Assembly (NCBI GenBank): GCA_050013355.1
Contig: JBEKFJ010000007.1
Location: forward strand, 1-62,581
DNA from: Oryzomonas sp.
GTDB taxonomy: Bacteria; Desulfobacterota; Desulfuromonadia; Geobacterales; Pseudopelobacteraceae
Length of the DNA: 62,581 nucleotides
Direction: 5' to 3'
In this document: piece by piece, positions 1 to 23,432 of the stretch
Layout: every line of letters begins with the position of its first letter
Numbering within the stretch: position 1 is the stretch's first letter
Notes under the pieces: model-generated
Database searches by the model: none
Seen by the model: only the letters and a program-made list of their open reading frames with translations
What the model was told of the DNA's origin: nothing
Position numbers and translations under genes: made by a program

Positions 1-4302
<4,302 letters not shown>

Positions 4303-4372
4303 CTACAGATACCTTCGTGGACAAGCCGGCCCGGCCTCGTCGCGGAGCTTCAGAATAACGGAGGAGAGCATC

Positions 4373-8590
<4,218 letters not shown>

Positions 8591-8618
8591 CCCGTCATTA
8601 TAATTGTAGTATTGTGGG

Positions 8619-8651
8619 CTGCGGGGGCGTGTGTCGGTTGCGCCTCCGCAG
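8619..8651 (+). terminator. GC-rich hairpin after rpoC, probable terminator
   Basis: CTGCGGGGGCG...CGCCTCCGCAG stem just after the rpoC stop; U-tract is weak. Confidence 0.5.
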
Positions 8652-8687
8652 TTCAACCCAAAAAAAATTTACACGTATATTTTTTTG

Positions 8688-8717
8688 TTGACAGATCGCG
8701 CCGTGTTGTAGTAAATA
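8688..8717 (+). promoter_or_regulatory. sigma70-like promoter (distal) upstream of rpsL
   Basis: TTGACA at 8688-8693 preceded by an A/T-rich UP-like tract; imperfect -10 (GTAAAT/TAAATA) at 17-18 bp spacing. Confidence 0.45.
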
Positions 8718-8729
8718 AATGGACCATTT

Positions 8730-8851
8730 GAGATCGCATGTGTAACAAGGTTCAGCGCAATAGCCATGAATGGAGCTGCCGGTAAGATTCCGGCCCTACA
8801 CCTATTCCATTCCCTTTCAGCTTATTGCCACGCGCGTTGAATCGGCGACTC
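8730..8851 (+). ncRNA. candidate structured RNA (rod-like hairpin), unclassified
   Basis: Five nested helices found by eye, with G-U pairs on the + strand; lies between a promoter-like site and a T-run at 8871-8877. Confidence 0.35.
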
Positions 8852-8948
8852 GAAACCAAAACCTATGTTGTTTTTTTGCTTGTCGGCTGCGCAGGCTTCC
8901 AGAGCTATGTGTAGCAGTCCTGTTTTTTTGAAAACAGGCATAATTGGC

Positions 8949-8978
8949 TTGACAGCCGTTTTAAAAATTTGTTAGTTT
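8949..8978 (+). promoter_or_regulatory. sigma70-like promoter (proximal) for the str operon
   Basis: TTGACA-N18-TAGTTT with extended -10 TG, about 70 nt upstream of the rpsL ATG. Confidence 0.55.
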
Positions 8979-9047
8979 CACGATTCGCTTCTCTTGAGGA
9001 GCGAAGAGAGTTTTTGGATATTTTTGTGCTGGGAGAATAATACGACT

Positions 9048-9419
9048 ATGCCAACGATTAATCAGTTGATTCGTGAGGGCAGGGAAAAGAAGAAGGACAA
9101 ATCAACGGCGCCTGCGCTGAAGTGTTGTCCGCAGAAGCGCGGTGTCTGTACGAGGGTTTATACGACGACCCCCAAGAAGCCGAACTCGGCTCTTCGCAAG
9201 GTTGCCAGGGTGCGCCTGACCAACGGGATTGAGGTTACGTCCTATATTCCGGGTGTCGGCCATAACCTTCAGGAGCACTCCGTTGTCCTGATTCGTGGCG
9301 GCAGGGTCAAGGACCTTCCTGGTGTTCGCTATCACATCGTACGTGGTACTCTTGACTCGGTCGGGGTGAAGGATCGTAAAAAGAGTCGCTCCAAGTACGG
9401 GGCCAAGCGGCCGAAATAG
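9048..9419 (+). CDS. rpsL: 30S ribosomal protein S12
   Basis: MPTINQL start; [10 protein letters not shown] and [11 protein letters not shown] motifs. Confidence 0.99.
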   Translation: MPTINQLIREGREKKKDKSTAPALKCCPQKRGVCTRVYTTTPKKPNSALRKVARVRLTNGIEVTSYIPGVGHNLQEHSVVLIRGGRVKDLPGVRYHIVRGTLDSVGVKDRKKSRSKYGAKRPK

Positions 9420-9449
9420 TATTTGACCTGATTTGTTGAGGGGATAGAT

Positions 9450-9920
9450 ATGCCAAGAAGAAGAGAAGTTCCTAAGAGAGTCATTCTGCCGGACCCTAAA
9501 TACAACGACAAGGTAGTTGCCAAGCTTATCAATACCTTGATGCTGGCGGGCAAGAAGAGTGTTGCCGAGTCTATTCTGTATGGCGCGCTTGAGTTGGTTG
9601 CCCAGCGGGCCAATGACGAGGCCATCAAGGTGCTCAAGAAGAGTCTCGAGAACATCAAGCCGATGCTCGAGGTCAAATCGCGTCGTGTTGGCGGCTCCAC
9701 CTACCAGGTTCCGATCGAGGTGCGTCCGGACCGCCGCATGTCCCTGGCCATGCGCTGGCTGATCAAATATTCGACCGCCCGCAGCGAGAAAACGATGAAG
9801 GACAAGCTGGCCGGAGAGATCCTTGATGCCTATAACAACAGGGGTGCAGCGGTCAAAAAGCGTGAGGATGTTCACAAGATGGCTGAGGCCAATCGCGCTT
9901 TTGCCCATTATCGCTGGTAA
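9450..9920 (+). CDS. rpsG: 30S ribosomal protein S7
   Basis: MPRRR start; [11 protein letters not shown]; ends AFAHYRW. Confidence 0.99.
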   Translation: MPRRREVPKRVILPDPKYNDKVVAKLINTLMLAGKKSVAESILYGALELVAQRANDEAIKVLKKSLENIKPMLEVKSRRVGGSTYQVPIEVRPDRRMSLAMRWLIKYSTARSEKTMKDKLAGEILDAYNNRGAAVKKREDVHKMAEANRAFAHYRW

Positions 9921-9953
9921 TTATTGGACTGTATCAATTTTCTGGAGGATTGT

Positions 9954-12032
<2,079 letters not shown>

Positions 12033-12068
12033 TCAAGCTAACACAACTTATTAGGAGGGCCTGTTATC

Positions 12069-13127
<1,059 letters not shown>

Positions 13128-13128
<1 letters not shown>

Positions 13129-13436
13129 TGCAGAGCCAGAAGATCAGAATCCGCCTTAAGGCATATGACCACAAGCTGCTGGACGTTTCGGTAAGCGAAA
13201 TCGTAGAGACGGCAAAAAGGACCGGCGCCCGTGTGGCCGGACCGATACCGCTGCCGACGGTCATCAATAAGTACTGCGTCCTCCGTGGACCGCACGTTGA
13301 TAAAAAGTCCCGGGATCAGTTTGAGATTCGGACCCACAAACGTCTGATAGATATTCTCGACCCCACCCAGCAGACCGTTGATGCCCTCATGAAACTGGAC
13401 CTGTCTGCCGGCGTGGATGTTGAAATCAAACTGTAA
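13128..13436 (+). CDS. rpsJ: 30S ribosomal protein S10
   Basis: [17 protein letters not shown]; TAATG overlap with the tuf stop. Confidence 0.99.
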
Positions 13437-13464
13437 CGGAAACTACGACTGAATAGGAATGGCC

Positions 13465-14100
13465 ATGAAGAAAGGTATCATCGCAAAAAAACTGGGTATG
13501 ACCCAGATATTCCTGCAAGACGGCACCAAGGTTCCGGTTTCGGTAGTTCAGGCCGGTCCCTGCGTCGTTGTTCAGAAGAAAACCGCCGACATTGACGGCT
13601 ACTCCGCTGTTCAGGTCGGGTTCGAGCCGGTAAATGCCGCCAACGCCACCAAGCCTCGGTTGGGGCACTGTACGAAGGCCGGGCAGGGCGTTTTCAGGTA
13701 TCTGCGGGAACTCAAGCTCGCGAACAGCGCCGAACTGAATGTCGGTGACATCCTCACTCTCGACCAGTTCCAGATCGGCGACTATGTTGATGTTACCGGG
13801 ACCAGCTTGGGAAAGGGGTTCCAGGGGGTCATCAAGCGCTGGAATTTCAAAGGCGGACGTGCTTCCCACGGCTCGCGCTTCCACCGGGCGCCAGGCTCCA
13901 TCGGCGCCTCAGCCACCCCGTCCCATGTCTTCAAGAACAAGAAGATGCCGGGGCAGATGGGTAATGAGCGCGTTACCGTGCAAAGACTCCAGATCGTACG
14001 GGTGGATTCGGCTGAGAACCTGCTGTTGATCAAAGGGGCGATTCCGGGACATAACAACAATATCGTCCTCATCAAACAGAGTGTAAAGCTAAGTAATTAA
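13465..14100 (+). CDS. rplC: 50S ribosomal protein L3
   Basis: [19 protein letters not shown]; alternative start at 13459. Confidence 0.97.
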   Translation: MKKGIIAKKLGMTQIFLQDGTKVPVSVVQAGPCVVVQKKTADIDGYSAVQVGFEPVNAANATKPRLGHCTKAGQGVFRYLRELKLANSAELNVGDILTLDQFQIGDYVDVTGTSLGKGFQGVIKRWNFKGGRASHGSRFHRAPGSIGASATPSHVFKNKKMPGQMGNERVTVQRLQIVRVDSAENLLLIKGAIPGHNNNIVLIKQSVKLSN

Positions 14101-14115
14101 TCGGGAGTAACGTGT

Positions 14116-14739
14116 ATGCCTTCGATAGCAGTCTTTGACATGAACAAACAACAGGTCGGCGAGGTACAGTTGCCGGACTCCGTATTCGGCACCGAGGTGA
14201 AGGAATATCTCATTCACCAGGCGCTTCGTATCCAGCTTGCCAACCGGAGAGCCGGGACAGTAGCGGTGAAAAACCGCGCAGCCGTTCGCGGCGGCGGCAA
14301 GAAGCCTTTCAAGCAGAAAGGTACGGGCAATGCTCGTCAGGGATGCAGCCGGGCCCCCCAGTATCCGGGCGGCGGCGTTGCCTTTGGTCCGCAACCCAAA
14401 ACCTACAACCTGAGCATGAACAAGAAGGCCCGTGCCGCCGCACTCTGTTCACTTTTATCCTTTCAGTACAAGAATGAAAGCATAACAGTGCTGGACAAGC
14501 TCGATTTCGACAAGATATCCTCCAAGGATTTTGCCGGCTTCATGAAGCGTTTCGAACTTGAGAAGTCGCTGATCATCACGGATAACCCCAGCAATAATCT
14601 TTATCTTTCTGCGCGGAACGTACCGCATGTCAAGGTGCTCAAGGTCGGCGGCCTGAATGTTCACGACATGCTGAAGTACAAGAACATCATCTTCACGCAG
14701 GAGGCGGTCCAGACCGTTGAAGGAGTGTTGCAGAAATGA
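14116..14739 (+). CDS. rplD: 50S ribosomal protein L4
   Basis: [14 protein letters not shown]; S10 operon order. Confidence 0.98.
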   Translation: MPSIAVFDMNKQQVGEVQLPDSVFGTEVKEYLIHQALRIQLANRRAGTVAVKNRAAVRGGGKKPFKQKGTGNARQGCSRAPQYPGGGVAFGPQPKTYNLSMNKKARAAALCSLLSFQYKNESITVLDKLDFDKISSKDFAGFMKRFELEKSLIITDNPSNNLYLSARNVPHVKVLKVGGLNVHDMLKYKNIIFTQEAVQTVEGVLQK

Positions 14740-15020
14740 ACATTTACTCCATTATCAAAAAGCCCCATGTCACGGAGAAGACCTCGCTCGGCAGCGATAC
14801 CTCCAATACGGTTGCAATCGTTGTTGACCGGGATGCCAACAAGATCGAGATCAAGCAGGCTGTTGAATCACTCTTCAAGGTCAAGGTCGACGATGTTCGC
14901 ACTGTCAACGTGGCCGGCAAGGTCAAGCGTGTCGGGAAGAATTCGGGCAAGCGTTCCAACTGGAAAAAGGCCTATGTGACCCTCCAGAAGGGTCAATCCA
15001 TAGATTTCTTTGAGGTTTAA
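14736..15020 (+). CDS. rplW: 50S ribosomal protein L23
   Basis: [14 protein letters not shown]. Confidence 0.98.
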   Translation: MNIYSIIKKPHVTEKTSLGSDTSNTVAIVVDRDANKIEIKQAVESLFKVKVDDVRTVNVAGKVKRVGKNSGKRSNWKKAYVTLQKGQSIDFFEV

Positions 15021-15042
15021 TTACTAGTATTCGGGGTTCACA

Positions 15043-15867
15043 ATGGGAATCAAGAGTTATAAACCAACATCGGCAGGACGCAGACACCAAACCTGCTCGA
15101 CTTTTGAAGAGATTACGACAACAACTGCTGAGAAGTCCCTTCTTGTTTCACTCACCAAGTCGGGCGGCAGAAATGCCTTGGGCCGTGTTACGTCACGTCA
15201 CATTGGTGGCGGTCACAAGCAGAAATACCGTATTATCGACTTCCGTCGTGATAAACGCGACATACCCGCAACGGTTGCCAGCATCGAGTATGACCCCAAC
15301 CGTAGCGCCCGCATCGCCCTGTTGAATTACGTTGACGGTGAAAAGCGCTACATCCTGGCGCCACTCAATCTCAAGGTCGGCGATACGGTCGTAAGCGGCC
15401 CTGAGGCCGACATAAAGCCGGGAAATGCACTGCCGCTCCGGTCGATCCCGCTCGGTACGATCATTCACAACATCGAACTCAAGATCGGCAAGGGAGCCCA
15501 GTTGGCCAGGAGCGCCGGCACGTTTGCCCAGCTCATGTCCAAGGAAGGCAAGTATTCCCAGATCAAGCTTCCGTCGGGCGAAGTGCGCATGATCCTGCAG
15601 GATTGCTATGCCACCATCGGCCAGGTCGGCAACATCGACCACGAGAACGTCAACGGGGGTAAGGCCGGTCGGTCACGCTGGCTCGGCAAGCGTCCCAAGG
15701 TTCGCGGTGTCGCCATGAACCCGGTTGACCATCCCCATGGTGGTGGCGAAGGGCGCACATCGGGTGGTCGTCATCCGGTAACCCCCTGGGGTATCCCCAC
15801 CAAGGGATACAAGACCAGGACCAACAAGTCTTCTGATCGCTTCATTGTGAAGAAGCGTACCAAATAA
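15043..15867 (+). CDS. rplB: 50S ribosomal protein L2
   Basis: [25 protein letters not shown]. Confidence 0.99.
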   Translation: MGIKSYKPTSAGRRHQTCSTFEEITTTTAEKSLLVSLTKSGGRNALGRVTSRHIGGGHKQKYRIIDFRRDKRDIPATVASIEYDPNRSARIALLNYVDGEKRYILAPLNLKVGDTVVSGPEADIKPGNALPLRSIPLGTIIHNIELKIGKGAQLARSAGTFAQLMSKEGKYSQIKLPSGEVRMILQDCYATIGQVGNIDHENVNGGKAGRSRWLGKRPKVRGVAMNPVDHPHGGGEGRTSGGRHPVTPWGIPTKGYKTRTNKSSDRFIVKKRTK

Positions 15868-15889
15868 TACGTTGAGAGGCTGATACATC

Positions 15890-16168
15890 ATGGCACGTTC
15901 AATTAAAAAAGGACCTTTCGTCGATGGGCATCTGAACAAAAAGGTGCTAACTGAAGGGCCCAGCTCGAAAAAGATCATCAAGACGTGGTCGCGTCGCTCG
16001 ACCATAACGCCTAATTTTATCGGCCTGAGTCTTGCCGTCCACAATGGCCGCAAGTTCATACCGGTCTTTGTGACGGAGAATATGGTCGGTCACAAATTGG
16101 GTGAATTTTCTCCGACGAGGACGTTTCACGGCCATGCCGCCGACAAGAAGAGTAAAGTCAAGAAGTAA
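15890..16168 (+). CDS. rpsS: 30S ribosomal protein S19
   Basis: [17 protein letters not shown]. Confidence 0.99.
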   Translation: MARSIKKGPFVDGHLNKKVLTEGPSSKKIIKTWSRRSTITPNFIGLSLAVHNGRKFIPVFVTENMVGHKLGEFSPTRTFHGHAADKKSKVKK

Positions 16169-16183
16169 TCAGGGGAGTTTGAC

Positions 16184-16519
16184 ATGGAATCCAGCGCTAA
16201 ATTGACACTTGCACGACTTTCGCCTCGTAAGACCCGCCTGCTGGTGGATCTGGTCAGGGGCAAGGCTATACAGGACGCACTCAATACCTTACGGTTTCTT
16301 CCGCAGCCTTCGGCAAAGATTATTTCCAAGCTTTTGACGTCAGCGGTTGCCAATGCAGAGCAAAAGGGTGTTTCCGATGTTGATAGGTTGTTTGTGAAGA
16401 CAATATACGTGGATGGCGGTGCCGTGCTGAAACGCTTTGTGCCGCGAGCCATGGGGCGAGCCAGCAAGATCCGTAAGCCGACCAGTCACATAGCGGTTAC
16501 TCTTTCCGATACGAAATAG
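16184..16519 (+). CDS. rplV: 50S ribosomal protein L22
   Basis: SPRKTRL, PRAMGRA, KPTSHI. Confidence 0.98.
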   Translation: MESSAKLTLARLSPRKTRLLVDLVRGKAIQDALNTLRFLPQPSAKIISKLLTSAVANAEQKGVSDVDRLFVKTIYVDGGAVLKRFVPRAMGRASKIRKPTSHIAVTLSDTK

Positions 16520-16539
16520 TTTTTACCTGGAGGTGTAGT

Positions 16540-17172
16540 TTGGGACAAAAAGTTAATCCGATAGGCTTCAGGCTTGGTGTCGTTAAAACATGGGACTCCA
16601 AGTGGTATGCGGAGGCAGACTATGCCAAGCTTCTGCATGAAGACCTGGCAATTCGGAAATTTCTGAAAAAGCGGCTTTACAGTTCAGGCGTTTCCAAGAT
16701 TGAGATCGAGCGTGCGGCCAATAAGACCAAGATCAACATTCATACCGCTCGTCCCGGCCTGATTATCGGTAAGAAGGGCTCCGAGGTTGAGACTATAAAG
16801 AAGGACCTGGCCAAGCTGACCTCCAAGGAAGTGTTCATCAACATTCACGAGGTTCGCAAGCCTGAACTGGATGCCCAACTGGTTGCCGAAAACGTAGCTC
16901 TCCAGCTTGAGCGCAGGATCGCCTTCCGCCGCGCCATGAAAAAAAGCGTCACCTCGGCACTCAAGTTCGGCGCCAAGGGGATCAGGATCACCTGTTCCGG
17001 CCGTCTGGGCGGCGCGGAGATGTCCCGTACCGAATGGTACCGCGAGGGGCGCGTTCCCCTGCACACCCTGCGTGCTGATATTGATTACGGTTTTGCGGAA
17101 GCCAAGACCACCTACGGCATCATCGGAATTAAAGTTCTGATCTTTAAGGGTGAAATCCTCCCCGGTCAGTAA
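16540..17172 (+). CDS. rpsC: 30S ribosomal protein S3
   Basis: TTG start after GGAGG; [26 protein letters not shown]. Confidence 0.98.
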   Translation: MGQKVNPIGFRLGVVKTWDSKWYAEADYAKLLHEDLAIRKFLKKRLYSSGVSKIEIERAANKTKINIHTARPGLIIGKKGSEVETIKKDLAKLTSKEVFINIHEVRKPELDAQLVAENVALQLERRIAFRRAMKKSVTSALKFGAKGIRITCSGRLGGAEMSRTEWYREGRVPLHTLRADIDYGFAEAKTTYGIIGIKVLIFKGEILPGQ

Positions 17173-17205
17173 CATCCTTACTTTGCGCTACAGGAGCATG
17201 CATCA

Positions 17206-17628
17206 ATGTTAATGCCTAAAAGGGTAAAACATAGAAAACAGATGAAGGGCCGCATGACCGGCAAGCCGTGTCGCGGCATCGAACTCTCCTTTGGCGAGTT
17301 CGGCCTGCAATCCACCGAGTGCGGCTGGCTGGATTCCCGTCAGATCGAGGCCGCCCGTATTGCCATGACCCGTTACATCAAAAGGGGTGGCAAGATCTGG
17401 ATTCGCGTCTTTCCGGACAAACCGCTGACCTCGAAACCCGCCGAGACCAGGATGGGTAAGGGCAAGGGATCGCCCGATTCCTGGGTATGCGTTGTCAAGC
17501 CCGGAACCGTTCTGTATGAAATGGAAGGGGTCACCGAGGAGATCGCCCGCGAGGCTCTTCGGCTTGCCGCCCATAAACTTCCCCTTTCCACCAAGTTCAT
17601 CATCAGGGGAGGCGACCATGAAGCCTAA
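17206..17628 (+). CDS. rplP: 50S ribosomal protein L16
   Basis: [18 protein letters not shown]. Confidence 0.99.
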   Translation: MLMPKRVKHRKQMKGRMTGKPCRGIELSFGEFGLQSTECGWLDSRQIEAARIAMTRYIKRGGKIWIRVFPDKPLTSKPAETRMGKGKGSPDSWVCVVKPGTVLYEMEGVTEEIAREALRLAAHKLPLSTKFIIRGGDHEA

Positions 17629-17818
17629 CGAGTTGCGCAAGCTGTCGGCCGATGAGTTGACCAGGAAACAGGGTGATCTTACCCAGGAACTGTTCAACCT
17701 TACGTTCCAATTACATACCGGCAGGCTTGAAAACACCTCCAAGCTGAAGATTATCCGCAAGGATATTGCCAGGATCAGCACCATCATTACCGAGAGCAAG
17801 GCAGGGAGCAACAGATGA
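17618..17818 (+). CDS. rpmC: 50S ribosomal protein L29
   Basis: ATG 17618 after GGAGG; [10 protein letters not shown]...[11 protein letters not shown]; lies between rplP and rpsQ. Confidence 0.95.
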   Translation: MKPNELRKLSADELTRKQGDLTQELFNLTFQLHTGRLENTSKLKIIRKDIARISTIITESKAGSNR

Positions 17819-18072
17819 GTGAACGTGGCCACAGAAAATTACAGTCAGGTGTCGTGGTAAGCGACAAGATGGACAAAACGGTTGTCGTCAAGGTTGACCG
17901 TCTTGTTAAGCACCAACTTTACAGCAAATATATCAAGCGTAGCGTCAAGTACAAAGTCCACGACGAGCAGAACGTTTGCAAGGTCGGCGACCGCGTTCAG
18001 ATCATCGAATGCCGCCCTTTAAGCAAGGATAAGCGCTGGAGCCTGAAGCAGATCATCGAAAGCATCTCTTAG
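17815..18072 (+). CDS. rpsQ: 30S ribosomal protein S17
   Basis: [22 protein letters not shown]. Confidence 0.98.
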   Translation: MSERGHRKLQSGVVVSDKMDKTVVVKVDRLVKHQLYSKYIKRSVKYKVHDEQNVCKVGDRVQIIECRPLSKDKRWSLKQIIESIS

Positions 18073-18089
18073 GACAGGGGTACCGAGTA

Positions 18090-18458
18090 ATGATACAGAT
18101 GCAGTCTATACTGGATGTAGCCGATAATTCAGGCGCCAAGAAACTTTTTTGCATCAAGGTGCTTGGCGGTTCGAAGCGTAAATACGCCGGAGTGGGTGAC
18201 ATCATCGTCGCCTCTGTCCGCGAGGCCCTGCCCAACTCAAAGGTTAAAAAGGGCGATGTCGTCAAAGCGGTTATTGTCAGGACAGCCAAAGCGCTTGGCC
18301 GCCCCGACGGCTCGTACATTCGTTTCGATGACAATTCCGGCGTCGTTATCAATAACGCAAAAGAGCCGGTGGGAACGCGTATCTTCGGCCCGGTAGCCAG
18401 AGAACTGCGCGCCAAGAAGTTCATGAAGATCATTTCCCTCGCACCGGAAGTACTTTAA
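18090..18458 (+). CDS. rplN: 50S ribosomal protein L14
   Basis: [26 protein letters not shown]. Confidence 0.99.
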   Translation: MIQMQSILDVADNSGAKKLFCIKVLGGSKRKYAGVGDIIVASVREALPNSKVKKGDVVKAVIVRTAKALGRPDGSYIRFDDNSGVVINNAKEPVGTRIFGPVARELRAKKFMKIISLAPEVL

Positions 18459-18477
18459 TCTGAATCGGAGAACGTAG

Positions 18478-18804
18478 ATGCAAGCCACGAAAACTCATGT
18501 CAGCAAGGGCGATACGGTGATGATTATTGCCGGCAAGGAAAAGAGCAAGACCGGCAAGATTCTTAAACTGGTGCCCAAAAAGAATGGTGTCATCGTTGAA
18601 GGGCTCAACCTCGTCAAGCGCCACGTGAAGGCCCGCGGCAACGAACCGGGCACAATCAAGGAGAAGGAAGCCGTGATCCACATCTCCAATGTCATGCCGT
18701 ATTGCCCCAAGTGCGCCAAACCGGTCAGGACAAGGAGTACGGTCCTGGAAAATGGCGATAAACAGCGGAACTGCGTTAAATGCGGCGCTTCCCTTGAGAA
18801 ATAG
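18478..18804 (+). CDS. rplX: 50S ribosomal protein L24
   Basis: [14 protein letters not shown] motif; EAVIHISNV; C-terminal CPKC...CVKC. Confidence 0.98.
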   Translation: MQATKTHVSKGDTVMIIAGKEKSKTGKILKLVPKKNGVIVEGLNLVKRHVKARGNEPGTIKEKEAVIHISNVMPYCPKCAKPVRTRSTVLENGDKQRNCVKCGASLEK

Positions 18805-18825
18805 TCCGAAGGAGATACCATTACC

Positions 18826-19365
18826 ATGGCACGTTTGAAGGACATATACCAGAACGAGATAGTTGCCAAGCTGCGCAAGGATTTCGATTATAAGAACATA
18901 ATGGAAGTTCCGCGCATCGAGAAGGTAGTCGTCAATATGGGTCTTGGCGAAGCTATCCAGAACGTCAAGATACTCGACTCCGCAACCGCCGAGATGAACG
19001 CCATTACCGGGCAGAAATCGGTCATCACCAAGGCCAAGAAGTCCATCGCAACCTTCAAGTTGCGCCAGGGGGTGCCGATCGGCTGCATGGTAACGCTTCG
19101 CCGGGACCGCATGTACGAGTTCCTGGACCGCCTCTTGAATGTGGCCCTCGCCAGGGTACGTGACTTCAAGGGTGTTTCCGGCAAGGCGTTTGACGGCAAG
19201 GGCAATTATACGCTCGGTATCAAGGAGCAGCTCATCTTCCCTGAAATCAGCTATGACACCGTAGATAAAATCAAGGGAATGAATATAACGATCGTAACAA
19301 GCGCCAAAACCGATGAGGAAGGCAAAGCGCTTCTCAAGTACCTGGGCATGCCGTTCAGGAACTAA
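18826..19365 (+). CDS. rplE: 50S ribosomal protein L5
   Basis: [22 protein letters not shown]. Confidence 0.99.
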   Translation: MARLKDIYQNEIVAKLRKDFDYKNIMEVPRIEKVVVNMGLGEAIQNVKILDSATAEMNAITGQKSVITKAKKSIATFKLRQGVPIGCMVTLRRDRMYEFLDRLLNVALARVRDFKGVSGKAFDGKGNYTLGIKEQLIFPEISYDTVDKIKGMNITIVTSAKTDEEGKALLKYLGMPFRN

Positions 19366-19382
19366 GATAACTGGAGGATTAC

Positions 19383-19568
19383 GTGGCAAAAACCTCAATG
19401 ATCATCAAGTCGCAGCGCAAACCCAAGTTCAAGGTCCGTCAGCATAACCGCTGCCCGGTCTGCGGGCGACCCAGGGCATTTTATCGCAAGTTTGAGATGT
19501 GCAGGATTTGTCTTCGCAAGTATGCGTCCATAGGACAGATTCCCGGCGTTATCAAGTCCAGCTGGTAG
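19383..19568 (+). CDS. rpsZ: 30S ribosomal protein S14 (61-aa Zn-binding type Z)
   Basis: GTG start; CPVC...CRIC; ends GVIKSSW. Confidence 0.96.
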   Translation: MAKTSMIIKSQRKPKFKVRQHNRCPVCGRPRAFYRKFEMCRICLRKYASIGQIPGVIKSSW

Positions 19569-19607
19569 ACCATCGAACTTGTAGCACATTAGATAGGAGT
19601 ACGCACG

Positions 19608-20006
19608 ATGTCCATGACAGATCCAGTCGCAGATATGCTGACCAGAATTCGCAATGCCAACATGGTCAAGCTGCAGAAGGTCGATATCCCTTCCTCGAAC
19701 CTGAAGGTCAATATTGCCAATGTATTGAAGCAGGAAGGTTTCATTAAGAATTACAAGGTGATTTCCGATAATCTTCAGGGTGTATTGAGGATCTATCTGA
19801 AGTATATCGACGAAAAGGACAGCGTGATCAACGAGATCAAGCGCGTCAGTAAGCCCGGTGGCAGGGTTTATACGAAATCCGAGGATATCCCCGTCGTCAA
19901 GAACGGAGTCGGTGTGGCCATTCTGTCCACATCCAAGGGGATCATCACTGATAACGCCGCCCGCCAGGCCGGCGTCGGCGGCGAGCTTATCTGTACCATT
20001 TGGTAA
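19608..20006 (+). CDS. rpsH: 30S ribosomal protein S8
   Basis: [18 protein letters not shown]. Confidence 0.99.
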   Translation: MSMTDPVADMLTRIRNANMVKLQKVDIPSSNLKVNIANVLKQEGFIKNYKVISDNLQGVLRIYLKYIDEKDSVINEIKRVSKPGGRVYTKSEDIPVVKNGVGVAILSTSKGIITDNAARQAGVGGELICTIW

Positions 20007-20032
20007 ACATTGCGATCAAGGAGCATGCTGAG

Positions 20033-20572
20033 ATGTCGAGAATAGGTAAACTTCCCATAGAGATACCCAAAGGGGTCAAGATCAGCCTGGATGATACGCT
20101 GCTTTCCGTACAGGGGCCGAACGGCAAGTTGGCCCGCCAGGTCATGTCCTGTGTTACGATCAATATGAGTGAAACCTCGCTGGAGGTCGTCAGGAACGAC
20201 GAAAGTGCCACGGCGCGGGCGGCTCATGGCCTGACGCGCACCTTGGTCAACAACATGGTCGTCGGCGTGACAAAGGGTTTTCAGACCGACCTTGAAATCA
20301 ACGGCGTCGGCTATCGTGCCGAGGTCAAAGGGAAAGAGCTTGTTTTAAGCCTCGGCTACTCCCATCCGGTCAACTTCCCGATCCCGGAAGGCATTGCCAT
20401 CGAAGTGGAGAAGATGACCAAGGTCGCCGTGAAGGGCGCCGACAAGGAACTGGTGGGGCAGACCGCCGCCAAGATCAGATCATTCCGTAGCCCTGAGCCC
20501 TACAAGGGTAAGGGTATCAAGTATTCTGACGAGACTATCCTGAGAAAAGCCGGCAAGACCGGTAAGAAATAG
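20033..20572 (+). CDS. rplF: 50S ribosomal protein L6
   Basis: MSRIGKLPI start at 20033; [11 protein letters not shown]. Confidence 0.98.
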   Translation: MSRIGKLPIEIPKGVKISLDDTLLSVQGPNGKLARQVMSCVTINMSETSLEVVRNDESATARAAHGLTRTLVNNMVVGVTKGFQTDLEINGVGYRAEVKGKELVLSLGYSHPVNFPIPEGIAIEVEKMTKVAVKGADKELVGQTAAKIRSFRSPEPYKGKGIKYSDETILRKAGKTGKK

Positions 20573-20591
20573 TCTTTATAAGGAGAATGTT

Positions 20592-20957
20592 GTGGCAAAG
20601 ACTGCACTTAAAACCATCACCCGTCTCAAACGCCAGGTCCGGGTCCGTAAAAAGGTCCGTGGCACAGGCGAGCGCCCCCGTTTGAACGTCTTCAAAAGCG
20701 CACGTCATATCTACGCCCAGATCATCGACGATACAAAGGGTGTCACCCTGGTTGCCTGCTCGACCCTTACTGCCGACGCTGCGGATCTCGGGTACACGGG
20801 CAACGTTGCTGCGGCTACCCACGTGGGGAAGGAAATCGCCCGCCTGGCCCTGGAAAAGGGAATTTCATCAGTGGTATACGACCGTAACGGTTTTCTGTAC
20901 CACGGCAGAATCAAGGCACTTGCTGACGGAGCCCGCGAAGCCGGGCTTCGTTTCTAA
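20592..20957 (+). CDS. rplR: 50S ribosomal protein L18
   Basis: [26 protein letters not shown]. Confidence 0.98.
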   Translation: MAKTALKTITRLKRQVRVRKKVRGTGERPRLNVFKSARHIYAQIIDDTKGVTLVACSTLTADAADLGYTGNVAAATHVGKEIARLALEKGISSVVYDRNGFLYHGRIKALADGAREAGLRF

Positions 20958-20977
20958 AGCATACGAGGAGGCTTTCA

Positions 20978-21466
20978 TTGATCAGAATCAATCCAGCGGA
21001 ACTGAATCTCACGGACCGTGTCGTTCACATCAGCCGCGTTGCCAAGGTTGTTAAGGGTGGTCGTCGTTTCAGCTTTTCTGCCCTTATCGTCGTTGGTGAC
21101 GGCAATGGTTATGTTGGTTATGGTCTCGGCAAGGCAAATGAGGTGCCCGAGGCGATCAGAAAAGGCGTTGAACAGGCCAAGAAAAACCTCATCAAGGTGC
21201 CCGTCAACCAGAATCAGACCATCCCTTTCGAGATCGAGGGTAAATTTGGCGCCGGGCGGCTTCTGATGAAGCCGGCATCTGCAGGTACGGGTGTCATTGC
21301 CGGCGGTGCCGCGCGTGCGATCTTCGAAGCAGCCGGCATCAATAATATTCTCTCCAAATGCCTGGGCTCCAACAACCCCCACAACGTGGTGAAGGCCGCT
21401 TTTGCCGGACTCATGAGGCTGAAGACCCCTGAAGAGATTGCCGCACGCCGTGGCATAACCGAATAA
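20978..21466 (+). CDS. rpsE: 30S ribosomal protein S5
   Basis: TTG start; [19 protein letters not shown]. Confidence 0.98.
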   Translation: MIRINPAELNLTDRVVHISRVAKVVKGGRRFSFSALIVVGDGNGYVGYGLGKANEVPEAIRKGVEQAKKNLIKVPVNQNQTIPFEIEGKFGAGRLLMKPASAGTGVIAGGAARAIFEAAGINNILSKCLGSNNPHNVVKAAFAGLMRLKTPEEIAARRGITE

Positions 21467-21486
21467 TCGATCGAAGTGAGGATACC

Positions 21487-21666
21487 ATGAGCAGCACGCT
21501 GCAGATCACACTCATCAAGAGCACTATCGGGAAAACCAAGAAACATCGCGATATCGTCGCCGGTCTCGGCCTTTCCCGTCTCAACCAGACCGTTACCCGG
21601 CCTGATTCCCCCCAAGTGCAGGGGATGATCAATAAGGTTGGCCACATGCTGAAAGTGACGAAGTAA
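21487..21666 (+). CDS. rpmD: 50S ribosomal protein L30 (not in ORF track)
   Basis: Read by hand: [59 protein letters not shown] (59 aa), after GAGG, between rpsE and rplO. Confidence 0.95.
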   Translation: MSSTLQITLIKSTIGKTKKHRDIVAGLGLSRLNQTVTRPDSPQVQGMINKVGHMLKVTK

Positions 21667-21680
21667 AAGGGGTGGAACAC

Positions 21681-22124
21681 ATGGATTTGAACACACTTAA
21701 ACCCGCACTGGGTTCAACGAAGGATAGAAAGCGCATCGGCCGGGGCACCGGTTCGGGGCACGGCAAGACCGCTACAAAAGGCCACAAGGGTCAGAAGGCC
21801 CGCTCCGGCGGCAGCATCAAGGCTGGCTTCGAAGGCGGCCAGATGCCATTGCAGCGTCGTCTGCCCAAGCGCGGTTTCACGCCGTTTGAGCGTGTCGAGT
21901 ATTCCGTAGTGAATCTCAGCCAGCTTGACATATTTGAGGCCGGTGCCGAGGTGGACGCCGCCGCCCTGGCATCCAAAGGGCTGGTGAAGGGGACAAATTG
22001 CCTGGTGAAGATCCTCGGAAACGGCGATATCACTAAATCTCTCAAGGTTGCTGCCACCAAATTCAGTCAATCCGCCAAAGAGAAGATTGTTGCCGCAGGC
22101 GGATCTGTCGAGGAGAGGCCCTAG
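21681..22124 (+). CDS. rplO: 50S ribosomal protein L15
   Basis: [29 protein letters not shown]. Confidence 0.98.
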   Translation: MDLNTLKPALGSTKDRKRIGRGTGSGHGKTATKGHKGQKARSGGSIKAGFEGGQMPLQRRLPKRGFTPFERVEYSVVNLSQLDIFEAGAEVDAAALASKGLVKGTNCLVKILGNGDITKSLKVAATKFSQSAKEKIVAAGGSVEERP

Positions 22125-23431
22125 TGTTCGAAGCGTTCCAGAACATCTTCAAAATCCCCGAACTAAAGAAACGCGTGCTTTTCTCCTTGGGGATGCTGGC
22201 GGTCTATCGTGTCGGTTGTCATATTCCCACGCCGGGTATCGATAGGATCGCCCTGTCGCATTTTTTCAAGCAGGCCCAGGGAACCCTCCTCGGCATGTTT
22301 GACATGTTCTCCGGAGGTGCGCTCGAACGTCTGACGGTGTTTGCCCTGGGTATCATGCCCTACATCTCCTCATCGATCATCTTCCAGTTGCTGACGGTGG
22401 TTGTTCCGGCCATTGAAAAGCTCTCCAAGGAAGGAGAGTCTGGCCGCAAGAAGATCATTCAGTATACTCGCTACGGCACGATCGTGCTCAGTTTTGTGCA
22501 GGGACTCGGTATCTCAATTGGCCTGGAAAGCATGCGCGGCCCTGCCGGCGAACTGGTTGTTCCCAGCCCCGGCTGGAGCTTCCGGATCATGACGGTCATC
22601 ACCCTCACCGCCGGTACCGCGTTCATCATGTGGCTTGGTGAACAGATGTCGGAAAAGGGGATCGGCAACGGGATATCCCTGATCATCTTTGCCGGAATCA
22701 TCGCCAGGATACCGACGGCGTTGAGCAATACCGCCAGGCTGGTGAACGCCGGACAGCTTTCCCTGTTCGTTCTGGTGTTTGTTCTTGCAGTCATGTTTGC
22801 CGTTATCGCCGGCATCGTCTTTGTCGAACGCGGGCAGCGGAGGCTGCCGATTCACTACGCAAAGCGGGTAGTCGGGTTGAAGACCTTCAACGCCCAAACC
22901 TCGCATCTTCCCCTCAAGGTGAACATGGCCGGCGTTATCCCCCCGATCTTCGCTTCATCCATCATCATGTTCCCGGCAACGGTGGCCAACTTCATCAATA
23001 TCCCGTGGGTTCAGAAGGGCGCTAAGAGTTTAACGCCCGGCAACTGGGTGTATAATATCTTTTTTGTTGCTTTCATCCTCTTTTTCTGTTATTTCTATAC
23101 GGCTGTAACATTTAATCCGGTGGATGTGGCCGAGAATGTCAAGAAGCATGGCGGCTATATCCCCGGCATCAGGCCTGGTAAGGAAACATCGGACTTTATC
23201 GACAGCGTCCTGACGCGGTTGACCTTTGCCGGCGCCATCTATATTTCAATTGTGTGTGTGCTCCCCTCGATCCTGATCGGAAAGTTTAATCTTCCCTTCT
23301 ACTTCGGGGGGACTGCCCTGTTGATTGCTGTTGGTGTGGGTATGGACACGGTCGCCCAGATCGAGTCTCACCTGATTACCCGTAATTATGAAGGGTTTCT
23401 GAAGGGTGTCAGGATCAGGGGGAGAAAATAG
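22124..23431 (+). CDS. secY: preprotein translocase subunit SecY
   Basis: About 10 TM segments; [27 protein letters not shown]. Confidence 0.99.
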   Translation: MFEAFQNIFKIPELKKRVLFSLGMLAVYRVGCHIPTPGIDRIALSHFFKQAQGTLLGMFDMFSGGALERLTVFALGIMPYISSSIIFQLLTVVVPAIEKLSKEGESGRKKIIQYTRYGTIVLSFVQGLGISIGLESMRGPAGELVVPSPGWSFRIMTVITLTAGTAFIMWLGEQMSEKGIGNGISLIIFAGIIARIPTALSNTARLVNAGQLSLFVLVFVLAVMFAVIAGIVFVERGQRRLPIHYAKRVVGLKTFNAQTSHLPLKVNMAGVIPPIFASSIIMFPATVANFINIPWVQKGAKSLTPGNWVYNIFFVAFILFFCYFYTAVTFNPVDVAENVKKHGGYIPGIRPGKETSDFIDSVLTRLTFAGAIYISIVCVLPSILIGKFNLPFYFGGTALLIAVGVGMDTVAQIESHLITRNYEGFLKGVRIRGRK

Positions 23432-23432
23432 G

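Noticed and set aside
8738-8785. 15-codon ORF MCNKVQRNSHEWSCR as a leader peptide
   Set aside because: No SD sequence and no regulatory codon run; expected by chance
8730-8851. Identification of the hairpin as SRP (4.5S) RNA, 6S RNA or tRNA
   Set aside because: Lacks the SRP domain IV CAGG...GGAA...AGCAG motif, is shorter than typical 6S RNA and not in its usual context, and has no cloverleaf or T-loop
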